A DNA stretch of 64,000 nucleotides from an uncultured Alphaproteobacteria bacterium (GCA_902585605.1 CACIED010000001.1:560240-624239); one strand, 5' to 3'; numbered from the stretch's first letter, positions 1-10,875 are shown. The notes: generated from the sequence alone by a model not told the origin. A program made the numbers and translations.

Positions 1-1052
1 TCGCCAATTATTCCCATAACCAAACCAAGTAGTGAGAAAAAATAAAGTGTTGCAAATATAACTGGATAATCTCTAGTCAGCGCAGCTTCGTATCCTAGCA
101 AACCTAAACCATCTAAAGAAAAAATAACCTCAATGAACAGAGAACTTGAAAAAAGAATTCCAATAAATGCTGATGGAAAACCAGCAATTACTATTAACAT
201 TGCATTTCTAAATACATGACCATAAAGAACCTTTCTTTCAGTTAAACCTTTAGACCGTGCAGTAATTACATATTGTTGATTTACTTGATCAAGAAATGAA
301 TTTTTTGTTAAAAAAGTCAATCCAGCAAAACCACTTACAAGCATTGCAGTTAAAGGCAGTGCTAAATGCCAGAAGTAATCTATTATTTTTTGCAATAATG
401 TTAAATCATCAAAATTTTCAGAAAATAAACCTCTTAGAGGAAAAATATCATAAAACCTTCCTCCTGCAAAAAATACGATTAGTATTACGGCGAATAAAAA
501 ATTTGGTATTGCATAACCAATTGTTACAATTGAACTTGATACTATATCAAACTTTGATCCATCCTTTATCGCTTTTCTTATACCGAGAGGAATAGATATT
601 AAATATACTAATAAAGTTGTCCATAAACCAAGTGATATTGAAACTGGCATTTTATCTAGAACGATAGAAGTAACTTTTTGATCTCTAAAAAAACTTTCTC
701 CAAAATCAAAGGTTAAATAATCTTTTAACATTTTGATAAAACGTTGATGTGCTGGTTTGTCCATTCCATACATCTTTTCTATTTCTTTTATAATATCTGG
801 ATCAAGGCCTTGTGCTCCTCTATATTTACTATCATTAACTGATGTAGAATTATCTCGATTAAACTCTAAAGTTTCACCCTCGCCACCACCAGAAAATCGA
901 GCAGTTGATTCAACAGCTGTACCAGTCATTTGTGCAATCATTTGTTCTACTGGGCCACCTGGAACAATTTGAATTATTGCAAAATTTATAACCATAATCC
1001 CAAAAAGAGTTGGGATAATTAAAAGAAGCCTTTTTATTAAGTACGCACCCAT
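1..1052 (-). CDS. yejB: Microcin C / peptide ABC transporter permease YejB (3' end runs off the window)
   Basis: Manual translation of the minus strand from ATG at 1052 gives [36 protein letters not shown], and near position 1 gives [26 protein letters not shown]. It lies directly downstream of yejA. Absent from the ORF track because it is partial. Confidence 0.88.
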   Translation of the reverse strand, partial: MGAYLIKRLLLIIPTLFGIMVINFAIIQIVPGGPVEQMIAQMTGTAVESTARFSGGGEGETLEFNRDNSTSVNDSKYRGAQGLDPDIIKEIEKMYGMDKPAHQRFIKMLKDYLTFDFGESFFRDQKVTSIVLDKMPVSISLGLWTTLLVYLISIPLGIRKAIKDGSKFDIVSSSIVTIGYAIPNFLFAVILIVFFAGGRFYDIFPLRGLFSENFDDLTLLQKIIDYFWHLALPLTAMLVSGFAGLTFLTKNSFLDQVNQQYVITARSKGLTERKVLYGHVFRNAMLIVIAGFPSAFIGILFSSSLFIEVIFSLDGLGLLGYEAALTRDYPVIFATLYFFSLLGLVMGIIG

Positions 1053-1091
1053 TTTGTGCTATTTTATATTATTTCTAATAAACTTTAATAA

Positions 1092-2918
1092 TTAGTTTGA
1101 TGTTCTATTTGACTGGATTGTTTCGAATTTATTCTGATTAATCCACCATGTGTCAAAGCCTAAAGAATATTTTGGTTTTATTTTTGGTTGATCAAAAAAA
1201 TCCCAATATAAAACTCTATATGATGAAATATGCCATTGAGGAATAACATAGTAATTCCATAGAAGAACACGATCAAGAGCTTTGGTTATTATAATTAATT
1301 CTTCTCTATCACTAGCATTAATTAGACTTTCAATTAATCCATCTACAGCATAATTTTTAATACCAACAACATTTCTAGAGCCATCAGTGTCTGCAGCATC
1401 AGAACCCCAAAAATTTCTTTGCTCATTACCTGGTGATAATGATTGTCCAAATGTTTGCACAACCATATCAAAATCAAAAGTTTCCATTCTTTTTTGATAT
1501 TGAGCACTATCTATTGTTCTTACCTCAGCAATTATTCCCAATTTTTCAAGATTATCTTTAAATGGAAAAACTATTCTCTCAAAAGCTGGCGATCGTAATA
1601 AGATTTCAAATTCAAAAGGTTCTTTTGTACTAGAATGTAAAAGTTTACCATCAACTAATTCCCATCCAGATTCTTCTAAAAGTTTTGAAGCTTCTTGCAA
1701 TTGCATCCTCATATAACCCGAACCATCTGTAACTGGATTTGTATACTCTTTTGTAAATACTTCTTTTGGTAGTACATCAAAATATGGATTTAAATAATTT
1801 AATTCTTCTTTTGAAGGAAGACCAGAGGAAGCAAGTTCTGAATTTTCAAAAAAGCTATCTGTTCTTTTATATGCATCAAAAAATAAATTTTTATTAGACC
1901 ACTCAAAATCAAAAGCATAAGAAAGAGCTTTTCTTACTCTTCTATCTTTAAATTTATCTTTTCTAATATTAAATGCAAAACCTTGCATACCTTGTGGATT
2001 TTCATGACTTATTAATTCTTTTTTAATTAAGCCTTCATTCACTGCGTTTATATCATACGCAGTTGCCCACTCTTTTGATGAATTTTCAGAGAAGAAATCA
2101 ATCTCACCAGATTTAAAAGCTTCTCTTTCAATACCTCTGTCTTTGTAATAATCATATCTAATTGTGCCAAAGTTATCTTTACCAATTTTAATTGGTATTA
2201 ATGCATCAAAACCCCAATAATTTTGATCTAGTTCGTAGGTAATTGATCTACCACTATCAAATGATTTAATCTTATATGGACCACTTCCAATTGGTATTTC
2301 CAGAGATGTTTCTTCAAAGTTTTTATTTTCCCAATAATGTTTTGGTAGTACAGGTAGTTGACCAACAATTAACACTAATTCTTTATTCGTATTTGTTGTA
2401 AAATTAAATCTAACTTTATTTTCTTGTTCTTTAATTACTTCTTTTACATCTCCATAGTAGTATTTATAAAATGGGTGGCCTTTTTCCATTAAGGTATTAA
2501 ATGTCCAAACAACATCGTCAGCTGTAATTTTTTTCCCATCATGCCAATACGCTTCGTCTCTTAATGTAAATGAAACCCATGATCTATCATCTGGCCATTC
2601 AATCGTTTCTGCCAATAATCCGTATTCCGTAAATGCTTCATCGCTTGATCCCGTTGTTAATGTTTCATACAATCCTCCAATTCCAGCAGCAGACGTACCT
2701 TTTAAAATAAATGGATTGAAACTGTCATAGGTTCCAATGGCACTTCTTACTATTGATCCACCTTTTATTGAATTTGGATTAATATAATCAACATTTTCAA
2801 AATTTTTTGAGTATTTTGGCTCACCATGCATTGCAATTGCATGTGATATATAAGTATTTGCTTGTGCTTTTAATTGAAAAATTAGAGTAAACGTAAAGAT
2901 TAAAGCGAGTATTTTCAT
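1092..2918 (-). CDS. yejA: Peptide ABC transporter substrate-binding protein YejA
   Basis: Signal peptide; HAIAMHGEPKY, GTYDSFNPFILKG and YGLLAE motifs typical of YejA (SBP family 5); followed by yejB. Confidence 0.9.
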   Translation of the reverse strand: MKILALIFTFTLIFQLKAQANTYISHAIAMHGEPKYSKNFENVDYINPNSIKGGSIVRSAIGTYDSFNPFILKGTSAAGIGGLYETLTTGSSDEAFTEYGLLAETIEWPDDRSWVSFTLRDEAYWHDGKKITADDVVWTFNTLMEKGHPFYKYYYGDVKEVIKEQENKVRFNFTTNTNKELVLIVGQLPVLPKHYWENKNFEETSLEIPIGSGPYKIKSFDSGRSITYELDQNYWGFDALIPIKIGKDNFGTIRYDYYKDRGIEREAFKSGEIDFFSENSSKEWATAYDINAVNEGLIKKELISHENPQGMQGFAFNIRKDKFKDRRVRKALSYAFDFEWSNKNLFFDAYKRTDSFFENSELASSGLPSKEELNYLNPYFDVLPKEVFTKEYTNPVTDGSGYMRMQLQEASKLLEESGWELVDGKLLHSSTKEPFEFEILLRSPAFERIVFPFKDNLEKLGIIAEVRTIDSAQYQKRMETFDFDMVVQTFGQSLSPGNEQRNFWGSDAADTDGSRNVVGIKNYAVDGLIESLINASDREELIIITKALDRVLLWNYYVIPQWHISSYRVLYWDFFDQPKIKPKYSLGFDTWWINQNKFETIQSNRTSN

Positions 2919-2959
2919 ATTTGTAATATATGTCGATTTATTAAAAATTAAAATAAATT

Positions 2960-3733
2960 TTAGTTTATTAATTTAATTATTTCATCATGAAGCGAGCTTG
3001 TACTGGAAGCAACTAAACTGCCATCTGAGTCTAAAGATATATCTTGTCCAAACTTATCCGTAATTACTCCACCAGCTCCTTCAATTACATTTACAAGAGC
3101 CATATAATCATGCACTTTTAATGTATCTTCTAAAACAATATCAATTAAACCTGAGGCTAACATCCCATACATATAACAATCACCACCCAGTCTATAATAT
3201 CTTGATTTTTCTTTTAGTAATTCTAATCCCATTCTGATTTGAGGTTCATTAAAATATAATCCAGATGTAAAAAGATAGGCATCTTTAATTTGTTTAATAG
3301 TACTAGTTTGAACATCTTTTCCATTACATTTTGTCTTTTGATTTTTTTCTCCTATCCACCGCTCATTGTGTGCTGGACAATTAATAATCCCTAAAACTGG
3401 TTTTTTGTTATGAAGCAATGCAATTAAATTACCAAAATCTTTATGTCCAGCTATATAACTTCTTGTTCCATCTATGGGATCTAGTACCCATAAAAACTCA
3501 GAGTCTATTTTTTCATTTTCATATTCTTCACCCAAAATTCCATGATCAGGATATTCTTTTCTTATTCTCTCTCTTAAAACTTGTTCTGTTTCTTTATCTG
3601 CTAAAGTTACAGGACTTTCATCAACTTTAATTTCTATTTCAATTTTATTTCTAAAATAATGCATCGAAGTTTTAGATGCATCATCGGCTAAAGAGTTTGC
3701 AAATTTTGAAAACTCTTCTGTATCTATGATCAT
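2960..3733 (-). CDS. hisN: Histidinol-phosphate phosphatase (inositol monophosphatase family)
   Basis: DESPVTLAD, ILGEE, WVLDPIDGT and DYMAL IMPase motifs; alphaproteobacterial HisN-like length and context. Confidence 0.75.
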   Translation of the reverse strand: MIIDTEEFSKFANSLADDASKTSMHYFRNKIEIEIKVDESPVTLADKETEQVLRERIRKEYPDHGILGEEYENEKIDSEFLWVLDPIDGTRSYIAGHKDFGNLIALLHNKKPVLGIINCPAHNERWIGEKNQKTKCNGKDVQTSTIKQIKDAYLFTSGLYFNEPQIRMGLELLKEKSRYYRLGGDCYMYGMLASGLIDIVLEDTLKVHDYMALVNVIEGAGGVITDKFGQDISLDSDGSLVASSTSSLHDEIIKLIN

Positions 3734-3742
3734 TAATTTAGT

Positions 3743-4288
3743 TTATGGAAGAGGTGCTGGATTATCTGAGTGTTCTCTTAGGAAATAAACTAAGTCTGCT
3801 CTATCTTTTACTTTTTTCAAACCTGCAAAGTTCATTTTTGTACCTTTTATATATTTTTTTGGTTTATATAAAAATTCTGCTAATTCTTCATATCCCCATT
3901 CTCCACCATATTCAGCTAAAGCTTTGGAGTATGCAAAACCTTCAACATTTGCTTTTGGTCTATTTATAATATTCCATAAGTGTGGACCTACTTTATTTGC
4001 ACTACCTTTTTCGTAATTATGGCAAGTAGCACATTTTTTGAATAATTTTTCTCCATTATCGAGAGAAGCACTTGCTAATAACATTGAAATTGGCTCAATT
4101 ACTTCTTCTTTTTTTTCTACTACTCCAACGCCAGTCGAATCCTCAGGAACGTCTATTTTATAAGCTGTTTCTTTTTTTTCATCATGATCAATATTAATGA
4201 CTAAATCTCCAAAATGCCCGATAAGGGTAACAATTAAGACTGCTAATATAATAGATGCTAAAATTTTATTAACTTCAAGCCCAGACAT
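3743..4288 (-). CDS. cycM: Membrane-anchored class I cytochrome c (CycM / cytochrome cy type)
   Basis: True start MSGLEVNKIL at 4288; N-terminal TM helix, CATCH heme motif, VGPHL and GTKMNFAGL. The longer track ORF extends antisense into kdsB. Confidence 0.88.
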   Translation of the reverse strand: MSGLEVNKILASIILAVLIVTLIGHFGDLVINIDHDEKKETAYKIDVPEDSTGVGVVEKKEEVIEPISMLLASASLDNGEKLFKKCATCHNYEKGSANKVGPHLWNIINRPKANVEGFAYSKALAEYGGEWGYEELAEFLYKPKKYIKGTKMNFAGLKKVKDRADLVYFLREHSDNPAPLP

Positions 4289-4379
4289 GTATAAGTACAT
4301 ATACAGATTTTTTAGAAGAAAGAATATATTTGTCGTAAGTATGAAATTTAAATTCTCTTGCTTAATTGTCGCATAAATT

Positions 4380-5114
4380 ATGAAAAATGTTGTAATTATA
4401 CCTTCACGAATGGCTTCCAATAGACTGCCGGGCAAACCATTAATGGCTATAGATGGTATTCCAATGATACAACGAGTATGGCAACAAGCAATTGAGTCAA
4501 ATATTGGAGAAGTGTTTGTTGCATGCTCTGAAATTGAAGTGCACGACTTAATTGTAAGTAATGGTGGCAAAGCCATTATGACAGATCCAAATCTTCCCTC
4601 TGGAACTGATAGAGTTCACTCCGCTTATTTAAAGATAAAAAATAACAAAGACATTGATATAATAATCAATCTACAAGGTGATATGCCTCTTATAAATCCA
4701 GAACATATTCTTAAAGTCATTAACCCAATAAAAAGAAATTTTACCATTGGCACACTCGCAACAAACTTACATGATAATGAATTAAATAATCCCAATGTAA
4801 CAAAAGTTGAAGTTGATTTTAAAAAAAATGAAACAGCGCAGGCGTTAAGTTTTTTCAGAGAAGTTACGAATGAAAATAAAAACTTATACCATCATGTTGG
4901 TATCTACAGTTATACTCCAGATTCAATAAATACATTTATCAATCTGCCTAAATCAAAAAATGAAATAGATCTAAGCTTAGAACAAATGAGAGCTATGGAT
5001 TCTAACATACCAATTGGAGTTACGTATGTTTCTGAAGTTCCAATGAGTGTGGATACAAAAGAGGATTTAATAAATATTGAAACTAATATAAGAGAGCACA
5101 ATGATAAAAGTTGA
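4380..5114 (+). CDS. kdsB: 3-deoxy-manno-octulosonate cytidylyltransferase
   Basis: IPSRMASNRLPGKPL, SGTDR, NLQGD, HVGIY and LEQMRA motifs. Confidence 0.92.
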   Translation: MKNVVIIPSRMASNRLPGKPLMAIDGIPMIQRVWQQAIESNIGEVFVACSEIEVHDLIVSNGGKAIMTDPNLPSGTDRVHSAYLKIKNNKDIDIIINLQGDMPLINPEHILKVINPIKRNFTIGTLATNLHDNELNNPNVTKVEVDFKKNETAQALSFFREVTNENKNLYHHVGIYSYTPDSINTFINLPKSKNEIDLSLEQMRAMDSNIPIGVTYVSEVPMSVDTKEDLINIETNIREHNDKS

Positions 5115-5943
5115 TAGTTTTTCATTTCAAGGTGTAAATGGTGCTTATAGTGAACAAGCTGGAAAAAATATTTTTCCAAACGCAACAAGTATACCGTGTG
5201 CAACTTTTGAAGATATGTTTGAACATGTTAGATCTGGAAAATCTGAAGCAGCAATGGTTCCAATAGAAAACTCTCTTGCAGGAAGAGTAGCGGATACTCA
5301 AAGATTGATACCTGACTCTGATTTAAAAATAACTTATGAATATTTTCATGAAGTAAATCATAACTTACTTGGAATTAGAGGTGCAAAAATCTCAGATATT
5401 AAAAGAATAAGAAGTCATGAACAGGGAATTGCCCAATGTCGAAACAAAATTTTAAAACTAGATAAGCAAATGATCGTTGAAGCTGATACAGCCGGATCTG
5501 CTAAATTAATTTCAGAGTTAAATAATATTGAAGATGGAGCTATCGCATCTGAACTTGCTGCTGATATATATGATCTTGATATATTGGAAAAAAATTTCCA
5601 AGATACTCAAAATAACGTAACTCGATTTCTTGTTATGCAAAAAAATTTATCAGATATAAATCTAGAAACAAAGGATATCCTTACAACATTAGTATTTACA
5701 GTTAGAAGTATTCCAGCAGTTTTGTACAAATGTCTTGGTGGATTTGCTAGTAATGGTGTTAACATAACTAAGCTTGAGAGTTACATTCACCCACAGGGTT
5801 TTGATGTTGCACAATTTTATATAGATTTTGAGGGACATCCTGAGAATACATCTGTAAAATTAGCACTAGAAGAGATGAAATTTTTTTGTAAGAAGATAGA
5901 AATCCTTGGAGTATATGAGAAATCTTCATTCAGGAAAAAATAG
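5101..5943 (+). CDS. pheA: Prephenate dehydratase
   Basis: FQGVNGAYSE, VPIENS, NVTRF and a C-terminal ACT domain (TKLESY). Confidence 0.92.
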   Translation: MIKVDSFSFQGVNGAYSEQAGKNIFPNATSIPCATFEDMFEHVRSGKSEAAMVPIENSLAGRVADTQRLIPDSDLKITYEYFHEVNHNLLGIRGAKISDIKRIRSHEQGIAQCRNKILKLDKQMIVEADTAGSAKLISELNNIEDGAIASELAADIYDLDILEKNFQDTQNNVTRFLVMQKNLSDINLETKDILTTLVFTVRSIPAVLYKCLGGFASNGVNITKLESYIHPQGFDVAQFYIDFEGHPENTSVKLALEEMKFFCKKIEILGVYEKSSFRKK

Positions 5944-5982
5944 GTTTTTTTAAAAAGTCTATTTATATTTTATTTACATTAA

Positions 5983-5991
5983 TGTTATATT
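5983..5991 (+). promoter_or_regulatory. Putative extended -10 element (TGnTATATT) of the SRP RNA gene
   Basis: TGTTATATT ends 6-7 nt upstream of the predicted RNA 5' end (GGGAGG at 5998). Confidence 0.35.
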
Positions 5992-5997
5992 ACTACA

Positions 5998-6085
5998 GGG
6001 AGGATTGAGGGCAAATAAATTGCTAATCCAGTCAGATCTGAAAAGAAGCAGCTGTAACAATCTTGTTTGGGTCTCAACTCCTTCC
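5998..6085 (+). ncRNA. ffs: Signal recognition particle RNA (4.5S)
   Basis: Long hairpin closed by GGGAGG...CCTTCC, with the SRP domain IV signature TCAGATCT-GAAA-AGAAGCAGC (canonical TCAGGTCC-GGAA-GGAAGCAGC), in the conserved position upstream of dnaX. Confidence 0.9.
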
Positions 6086-6095
6086 ATTAATTATA

Positions 6096-7784
6096 ATGAC
6101 AGAAGAAAAAAAATACAAAGTTTTAGCTAGAAAATACAGACCGCAAAAATTTGAAGATTTAATTGGTCAAGAATTATTAGTAAGAATTCTATCAAACGCT
6201 ATTAATAATGACCGGATAGCTCACGCATATATTCTAACAGGTGTCAGAGGTGTTGGAAAAACTACCACTGCTAGACTTATAGCTATGAGTATTAATTGTA
6301 AGAATAGAGATAAAAATAATTGTGAACCATGTGGAAATTGTGATTCATGCAAATCAACAACTTCGGACAGTAATCTTGATGTTATTGAGATTGATGCAGC
6401 GTCTAATACTGGCGTTGATGACATTAGAGAAATAATTGACAATGTAAAATATAAACCTGTTATAGGTGATTATAAAATATTTATAATTGATGAAGTTCAT
6501 ATGCTTTCAAAAAGTGCATTCAATGCACTACTTAAAACTTTAGAAGAACCACCAGAACATGTTAAGTTTATTTTTGCCACAACAGAAATTAAAAAAGTAC
6601 CAATAACTGTTTTATCGAGGTGTCAGAGATTTGATTTACATAGAATAGAAAATAAAATTTTATCAGATCATTTATTAAAAATTTCCAAACTAGAAAATAT
6701 TGATATTGATTTAGACGCTATTTCGTTAATTGTTAGATCGGCAGATGGATCTGTAAGAGATGGTCTTAGTCTATTAGATCAAGCAATAACTAGCCCAAAT
6801 GAAAAAATTGACTCGCAAACTGTAATAAGCATGCTGGGATTAGCTGATAGAGAAAAAATATTTAACTTAGTTGAAATTATTTTAGAAGGAGATGCGTTTG
6901 GTGCAATGAACAAGTATAAAGAATTGTATGAATTAGGAGCAGATATAGCAATGATATTTGATGAACTATTAAACGTAGTACATTTCCTTGTTCAAATAAA
7001 AATAGCACCAGATTTAAAAGATGACATTTATATTCCTGAATTTGAAAGAAATAAGGGAGCTGAATTGTCATCAAAAATGACATTAAATAATTTGAATATT
7101 ATATGGCAAATTTTATTCAAAGGTTATCAAGAACTGCAAAATAGTTCTCATTTATATCAACATGGTGAAATGATTATTTTAAGAATTATTTACTTACACG
7201 ATGGCCCAAGTCCTGAAGATCTAATTAAAAAATTGGACAAGGAAGTAGTCGAAAAAGAACCATTAAAAAATAATCTTAAACTGCAAAATGAAACTAATGA
7301 AAGTAGCAAAGTACTAAACTTTAATGAAAATAAAAAAGAAATTTTACCAAAAGAAAATGTAGATATAAAATATGTTCAAGACTTCAGACAATTTGTCGAT
7401 ATGTTTTTTAAAAATAGAGAAGGATTACTTCATACTAAACTATACAATGATGTGAAATTAGTCTCTTTTAAAGAGGGAGAAGTTACCTTAAATACTTCAA
7501 AAATTAATGACACTGCCTTCAATAGAACAGTTGCAAAATTAATCTCTAAATGGACAGGAAGAATATGGCAGATACATTCATCTACAAGTAATCTTGGTAA
7601 AAGTCTACATGATGAGGATATTATTAATCAACAAAAAGAAATTGAAATAATGAAAAATCATCCAGAAGTAAAAAAAATATTAAATGAATTTCCTGAAAGT
7701 AAAATTCACGCTATTACAGAACTAGGTGAAATAAATGATGATGAGACAGATATAAATCAACAAAAGATGAAAAAGGAGAAATAA
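6096..7784 (+). CDS. dnaX: DNA polymerase III subunit gamma/tau
   Basis: LARKYRPQKF, Walker A GVRGVGKTT, DEVHML and SRC motifs. Start moved to the ATG at 6096 because the track's TTG start overlaps ffs. Confidence 0.95.
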   Translation: MTEEKKYKVLARKYRPQKFEDLIGQELLVRILSNAINNDRIAHAYILTGVRGVGKTTTARLIAMSINCKNRDKNNCEPCGNCDSCKSTTSDSNLDVIEIDAASNTGVDDIREIIDNVKYKPVIGDYKIFIIDEVHMLSKSAFNALLKTLEEPPEHVKFIFATTEIKKVPITVLSRCQRFDLHRIENKILSDHLLKISKLENIDIDLDAISLIVRSADGSVRDGLSLLDQAITSPNEKIDSQTVISMLGLADREKIFNLVEIILEGDAFGAMNKYKELYELGADIAMIFDELLNVVHFLVQIKIAPDLKDDIYIPEFERNKGAELSSKMTLNNLNIIWQILFKGYQELQNSSHLYQHGEMIILRIIYLHDGPSPEDLIKKLDKEVVEKEPLKNNLKLQNETNESSKVLNFNENKKEILPKENVDIKYVQDFRQFVDMFFKNREGLLHTKLYNDVKLVSFKEGEVTLNTSKINDTAFNRTVAKLISKWTGRIWQIHSSTSNLGKSLHDEDIINQQKEIEIMKNHPEVKKILNEFPESKIHAITELGEINDDETDINQQKMKKEK

Positions 7785-8107
7785 TGGTTAATTTAGGTAA
7801 TATGATGAAGCAAGCTCAACAGTTGCAAAAAAAAATGGCTGAAGCACAGAATAAACTAAATGATATTGAAGTCGAGGGTACTTCTGGAGGAGGCCTTATT
7901 AAAGTAACAGCTACAGCAAAAGGTATATTTAAAAGAATTTCAATCGACGATAGCTTGATTAAACAAGATGAGAAAGAAATACTTGAAGATCTGATCGTCG
8001 CTGCAATAAATGATGCCAAAGAAAAAGGAGAAGCCGCAGCCCAAGAAGAAATGAAAAATCTTACAGGTGGTTTACCATTACCTCCAGGAATAAAACTTCC
8101 TTTCTAA
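7784..8107 (+). CDS. ybaB: Nucleoid-associated protein YbaB/EbfC
   Basis: MMKQAQQLQKKM and EILEDLIVAAINDA; dnaX-ybaB-recR synteny. Confidence 0.93.
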   Translation: MVNLGNMMKQAQQLQKKMAEAQNKLNDIEVEGTSGGGLIKVTATAKGIFKRISIDDSLIKQDEKEILEDLIVAAINDAKEKGEAAAQEEMKNLTGGLPLPPGIKLPF

Positions 8108-8109
8108 AA

Positions 8110-8709
8110 ATGGAGCAATCCCCAATAGATAAATTAATAAATGATATTTCAAAACTTCCAGGATTAGGAAGAAGATCGGCGCAAAGAATTGCTCTTTTTT
8201 TATTAAAAAATAAAGATAAAAATTTATCTCCTTTAATTGAGAGTTTAAACTTATCTTATAATAAAATTATTGAGTGTTCAGAGTGTGGAAATATAGACAT
8301 GGTAAATCCATGCAATATTTGTGCAAATCCTAAAAGGGACAAAGCAACAATTTGTGTTATTGAGGATGTGTCAGATTTGTGGACATTAGAAAAAGTAGGA
8401 TTTTATCGAGGTCTCTATAATGTTTTAGGCGGTTCATTATCAGCGATTCAAGGTATAGGAACTGATGAATTGAAAATAGAAAATCTACTAAACAGAATTG
8501 AAACTAATAATGTTAAAGAAATTATTCTTGCTTTAAGTACAACTATGGAAGGACAAACAACATCTTTTGTAATTGCAGATAAACTAGAAAAATTTAAAGA
8601 TTTAAATGTAACAAGACTTGCACAAGGAATCCCTATGGGTGGAGAAGTACACTACTTAGATGAAAACACATTAAATACAGCATTCCAATCTAGAAAAAAA
8701 ATTACATAA
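8110..8709 (+). CDS. recR: Recombination mediator RecR
   Basis: KLPGLGRRSAQR HhH, C4 zinc finger (CSEC...CNIC), Toprim domain, TRLAQGIPMG. Confidence 0.95.
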   Translation: MEQSPIDKLINDISKLPGLGRRSAQRIALFLLKNKDKNLSPLIESLNLSYNKIIECSECGNIDMVNPCNICANPKRDKATICVIEDVSDLWTLEKVGFYRGLYNVLGGSLSAIQGIGTDELKIENLLNRIETNNVKEIILALSTTMEGQTTSFVIADKLEKFKDLNVTRLAQGIPMGGEVHYLDENTLNTAFQSRKKIT

Positions 8710-8715
8710 ATAGAA

Positions 8716-9225
8716 ATGGATAAATTACTTTATGTACCAAATCCACTATTACGCCAAAAAGCAGATAAAATTCAGTCTGTTGGAATTAAGGAAAGAGAAA
8801 TTGCCAAAAAAATGATGCAAATAATGATAAAAGCACCAGGTGTAGGTTTAGCAGCAAATCAAATTGGAATTTTAAAACAAATTGTGACTATATTTTTTGT
8901 AGATCAAGAGACTAAAAAAGAAACACAATATACATTATTTAACCCCAATATTATTTCTTACTCTCAAGAAAAAATTATTATTGAAGAGGGTTGTTTATCT
9001 CTTCCTGAACAATTTGCAGAAATTGAGAGACCTCAAAATATAGTAGTCGAGTACTTAGATGAAAATAACAAACAAATAACAAAAGAAGTTAGCGGAGTGG
9101 AATCAAGAATTTTACAACATGAAATTGATCATCTTTCTGGAAAGTTATTTGTAGATTATCTTTCTTCATTAAAAAGGAATATAATGATCAAAAAAGTACA
9201 AAAATTTTTAAAAAACAAAAAATAA
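8716..9225 (+). CDS. def: Peptide deformylase
   Basis: GVGLAANQIG, EGCLS and QHEIDH motifs. Confidence 0.95.
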   Translation: MDKLLYVPNPLLRQKADKIQSVGIKEREIAKKMMQIMIKAPGVGLAANQIGILKQIVTIFFVDQETKKETQYTLFNPNIISYSQEKIIIEEGCLSLPEQFAEIERPQNIVVEYLDENNKQITKEVSGVESRILQHEIDHLSGKLFVDYLSSLKRNIMIKKVQKFLKNKK

Positions 9226-10148
9226 TGAATAATAAAAAAATAATTTTCATGGGCTCACCTAAAATAGCTTCTGACTATCTTGAGGCTTTAATTAAAAGTA
9301 ATTTCATAATTTCCGCAGTATTCTCACAACCTCCAAAAAAGAAATCTAGAGGAATGAAAATAATTGAATCCGAAGTCCATCAACTTGCAAGTAAGAACAA
9401 AATTGAGGTTTTTTGTCCAAATACGTTTGATAAAGATACTATTGAGACAGTGAAAAAATTAAATCCTGATTTAATTATTGTTATGGCATATGGTAAAATA
9501 TTGCCAAAAGATATTTTAGATTTACCACCATTTGGTTGTATCAATATCCATGTATCCTTGTTGCCTAGATGGAGGGGTGCAGCACCAATAGAGCATTCTT
9601 TAATGAGTGGTGATAAAGAGACTGGTATATCAATAATACAGCTAATCGAAAAATTAGATGCTGGACCAATTATTATTCAAAAAAAAGTAGATATAGAAGA
9701 CGGTTGTAATAAAAATGAATTAAGTCAAAAATTAACAGAGGTTGGAATCAAATTATTAGTGGAAACTATTCCCCTTATATTTGATAAAAAAATTACCTAT
9801 TCTGATCAGGATGATAATTATGCAACATATGCAAATAAAATTTCTTCACTAAACAGAAAAATTAATTTTAATAAATCTGTAAATGAAGTTTTAAATCTTA
9901 TAAGAGCGCATTCTCCTAAGCCTGGTGCTTGGTTTACTATACAAAATGAAAGAATTAAGATCATTAAAGCAAGAAAATCAAATTCTAACGGTAATGCATC
10001 GACAATTCTCAATGAAACTTTTGATATTGGGTGCAATGACGGAAGTATTGAGCCACTAATTTTACAAAGAGAAGGCAAAAATGCTATCTCTAAAGATAAT
10101 TTTCTTCGAGGTTATAGCTTTAAGATTAATGATATAATAAATGCCTAA
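9225..10148 (+). CDS. fmt: Methionyl-tRNA formyltransferase
   Basis: IIFMGSP and NIHVSLLPRWRGAAPI; follows def. Confidence 0.95.
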   Translation: MNNKKIIFMGSPKIASDYLEALIKSNFIISAVFSQPPKKKSRGMKIIESEVHQLASKNKIEVFCPNTFDKDTIETVKKLNPDLIIVMAYGKILPKDILDLPPFGCINIHVSLLPRWRGAAPIEHSLMSGDKETGISIIQLIEKLDAGPIIIQKKVDIEDGCNKNELSQKLTEVGIKLLVETIPLIFDKKITYSDQDDNYATYANKISSLNRKINFNKSVNEVLNLIRAHSPKPGAWFTIQNERIKIIKARKSNSNGNASTILNETFDIGCNDGSIEPLILQREGKNAISKDNFLRGYSFKINDIINA

Positions 10149-10875
10149 CTACAAGATAACATTAGAATATGACGGGACTAATTATGTTGGTTGGCAACGT
10201 CAAGAAAATGGTTCTTCTATTCAACAATTGGTTGAAGAGGCAATAGCAAAACTATCAAAACAAAAAATAACACTTTTTGGAGCTGGTCGAACAGATGCAG
10301 GTGTTCATGCAAGAGGGCAGGTAGCTAATTTTGAATTAGAGCAAAATTTTGATACCGATACTATTAGAGATGGCATTAATCATTATCTAAGACCTCAACC
10401 CATATCTATTTTACATGCTGAAGAAGTAGATAAAGATTTTAATTCTAGATTTTCCGCAAAATTGAGATGGTATGAATACAAGATCTTAAATAGAAGATCA
10501 CCAATTACGTTAGAGCAAAACAAAGTTTGGTGTGTGCATAAAAAAATAGATACTGAAAAAATAATAAAACAATCACAACAATTTGTAGGCAAATTTGATT
10601 TATCTGCTTTTAGATCAATAAATTGCCAATCAAAATCAGCAATTAAATCTATTAATTCACTAGATATAAATTTTAATCATGATGAAATAAATTTTTTAAT
10701 ATCAGCTAAATCCTTCTTACATTCTCAAGTTAGAATCATGGTCGGTACACTAGTCGACATAGGATTAAATAAAATAGAAAAATCTATTTCAGAAATTATT
10801 CAATCCAAAAGAAGAGAATTTGCTGGAGTTACTGCGCCACCTGAAGGATTATATTTATTGAAAATAGATTATTAA
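10141..10875 (+). CDS. truA: tRNA pseudouridine(38-40) synthase
   Basis: YDGTNYVGWQRQ, GRTDAGVH, FLHSQVRIMVG and APPEGL. Confidence 0.95.
   Translation: MPNYKITLEYDGTNYVGWQRQENGSSIQQLVEEAIAKLSKQKITLFGAGRTDAGVHARGQVANFELEQNFDTDTIRDGINHYLRPQPISILHAEEVDKDFNSRFSAKLRWYEYKILNRRSPITLEQNKVWCVHKKIDTEKIIKQSQQFVGKFDLSAFRSINCQSKSAIKSINSLDINFNHDEINFLISAKSFLHSQVRIMVGTLVDIGLNKIEKSISEIIQSKRREFAGVTAPPEGLYLLKIDY

Noticed and set aside
4289-4576. N-terminal extension of the 277-aa cytochrome c ORF
   Set aside because: It overlaps kdsB antisense. The homologous protein starts at MSGLEV (4288).
5981-5999. Zur-like half-site AATGTTATAT upstream of ffs
   Set aside because: The right half matches poorly; better explained as an extended -10 element.
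6063-6095. TTG start for dnaX
   Set aside because: It lies inside the SRP RNA; the ATG at 6096 is the plausible start.
7240-7345. Possible dnaX programmed -1 frameshift (A-runs near the tau/gamma junction)
   Set aside because: There is no in-frame A_AAA_AAG heptamer or downstream GC hairpin, and A-runs are ubiquitous in this genome.
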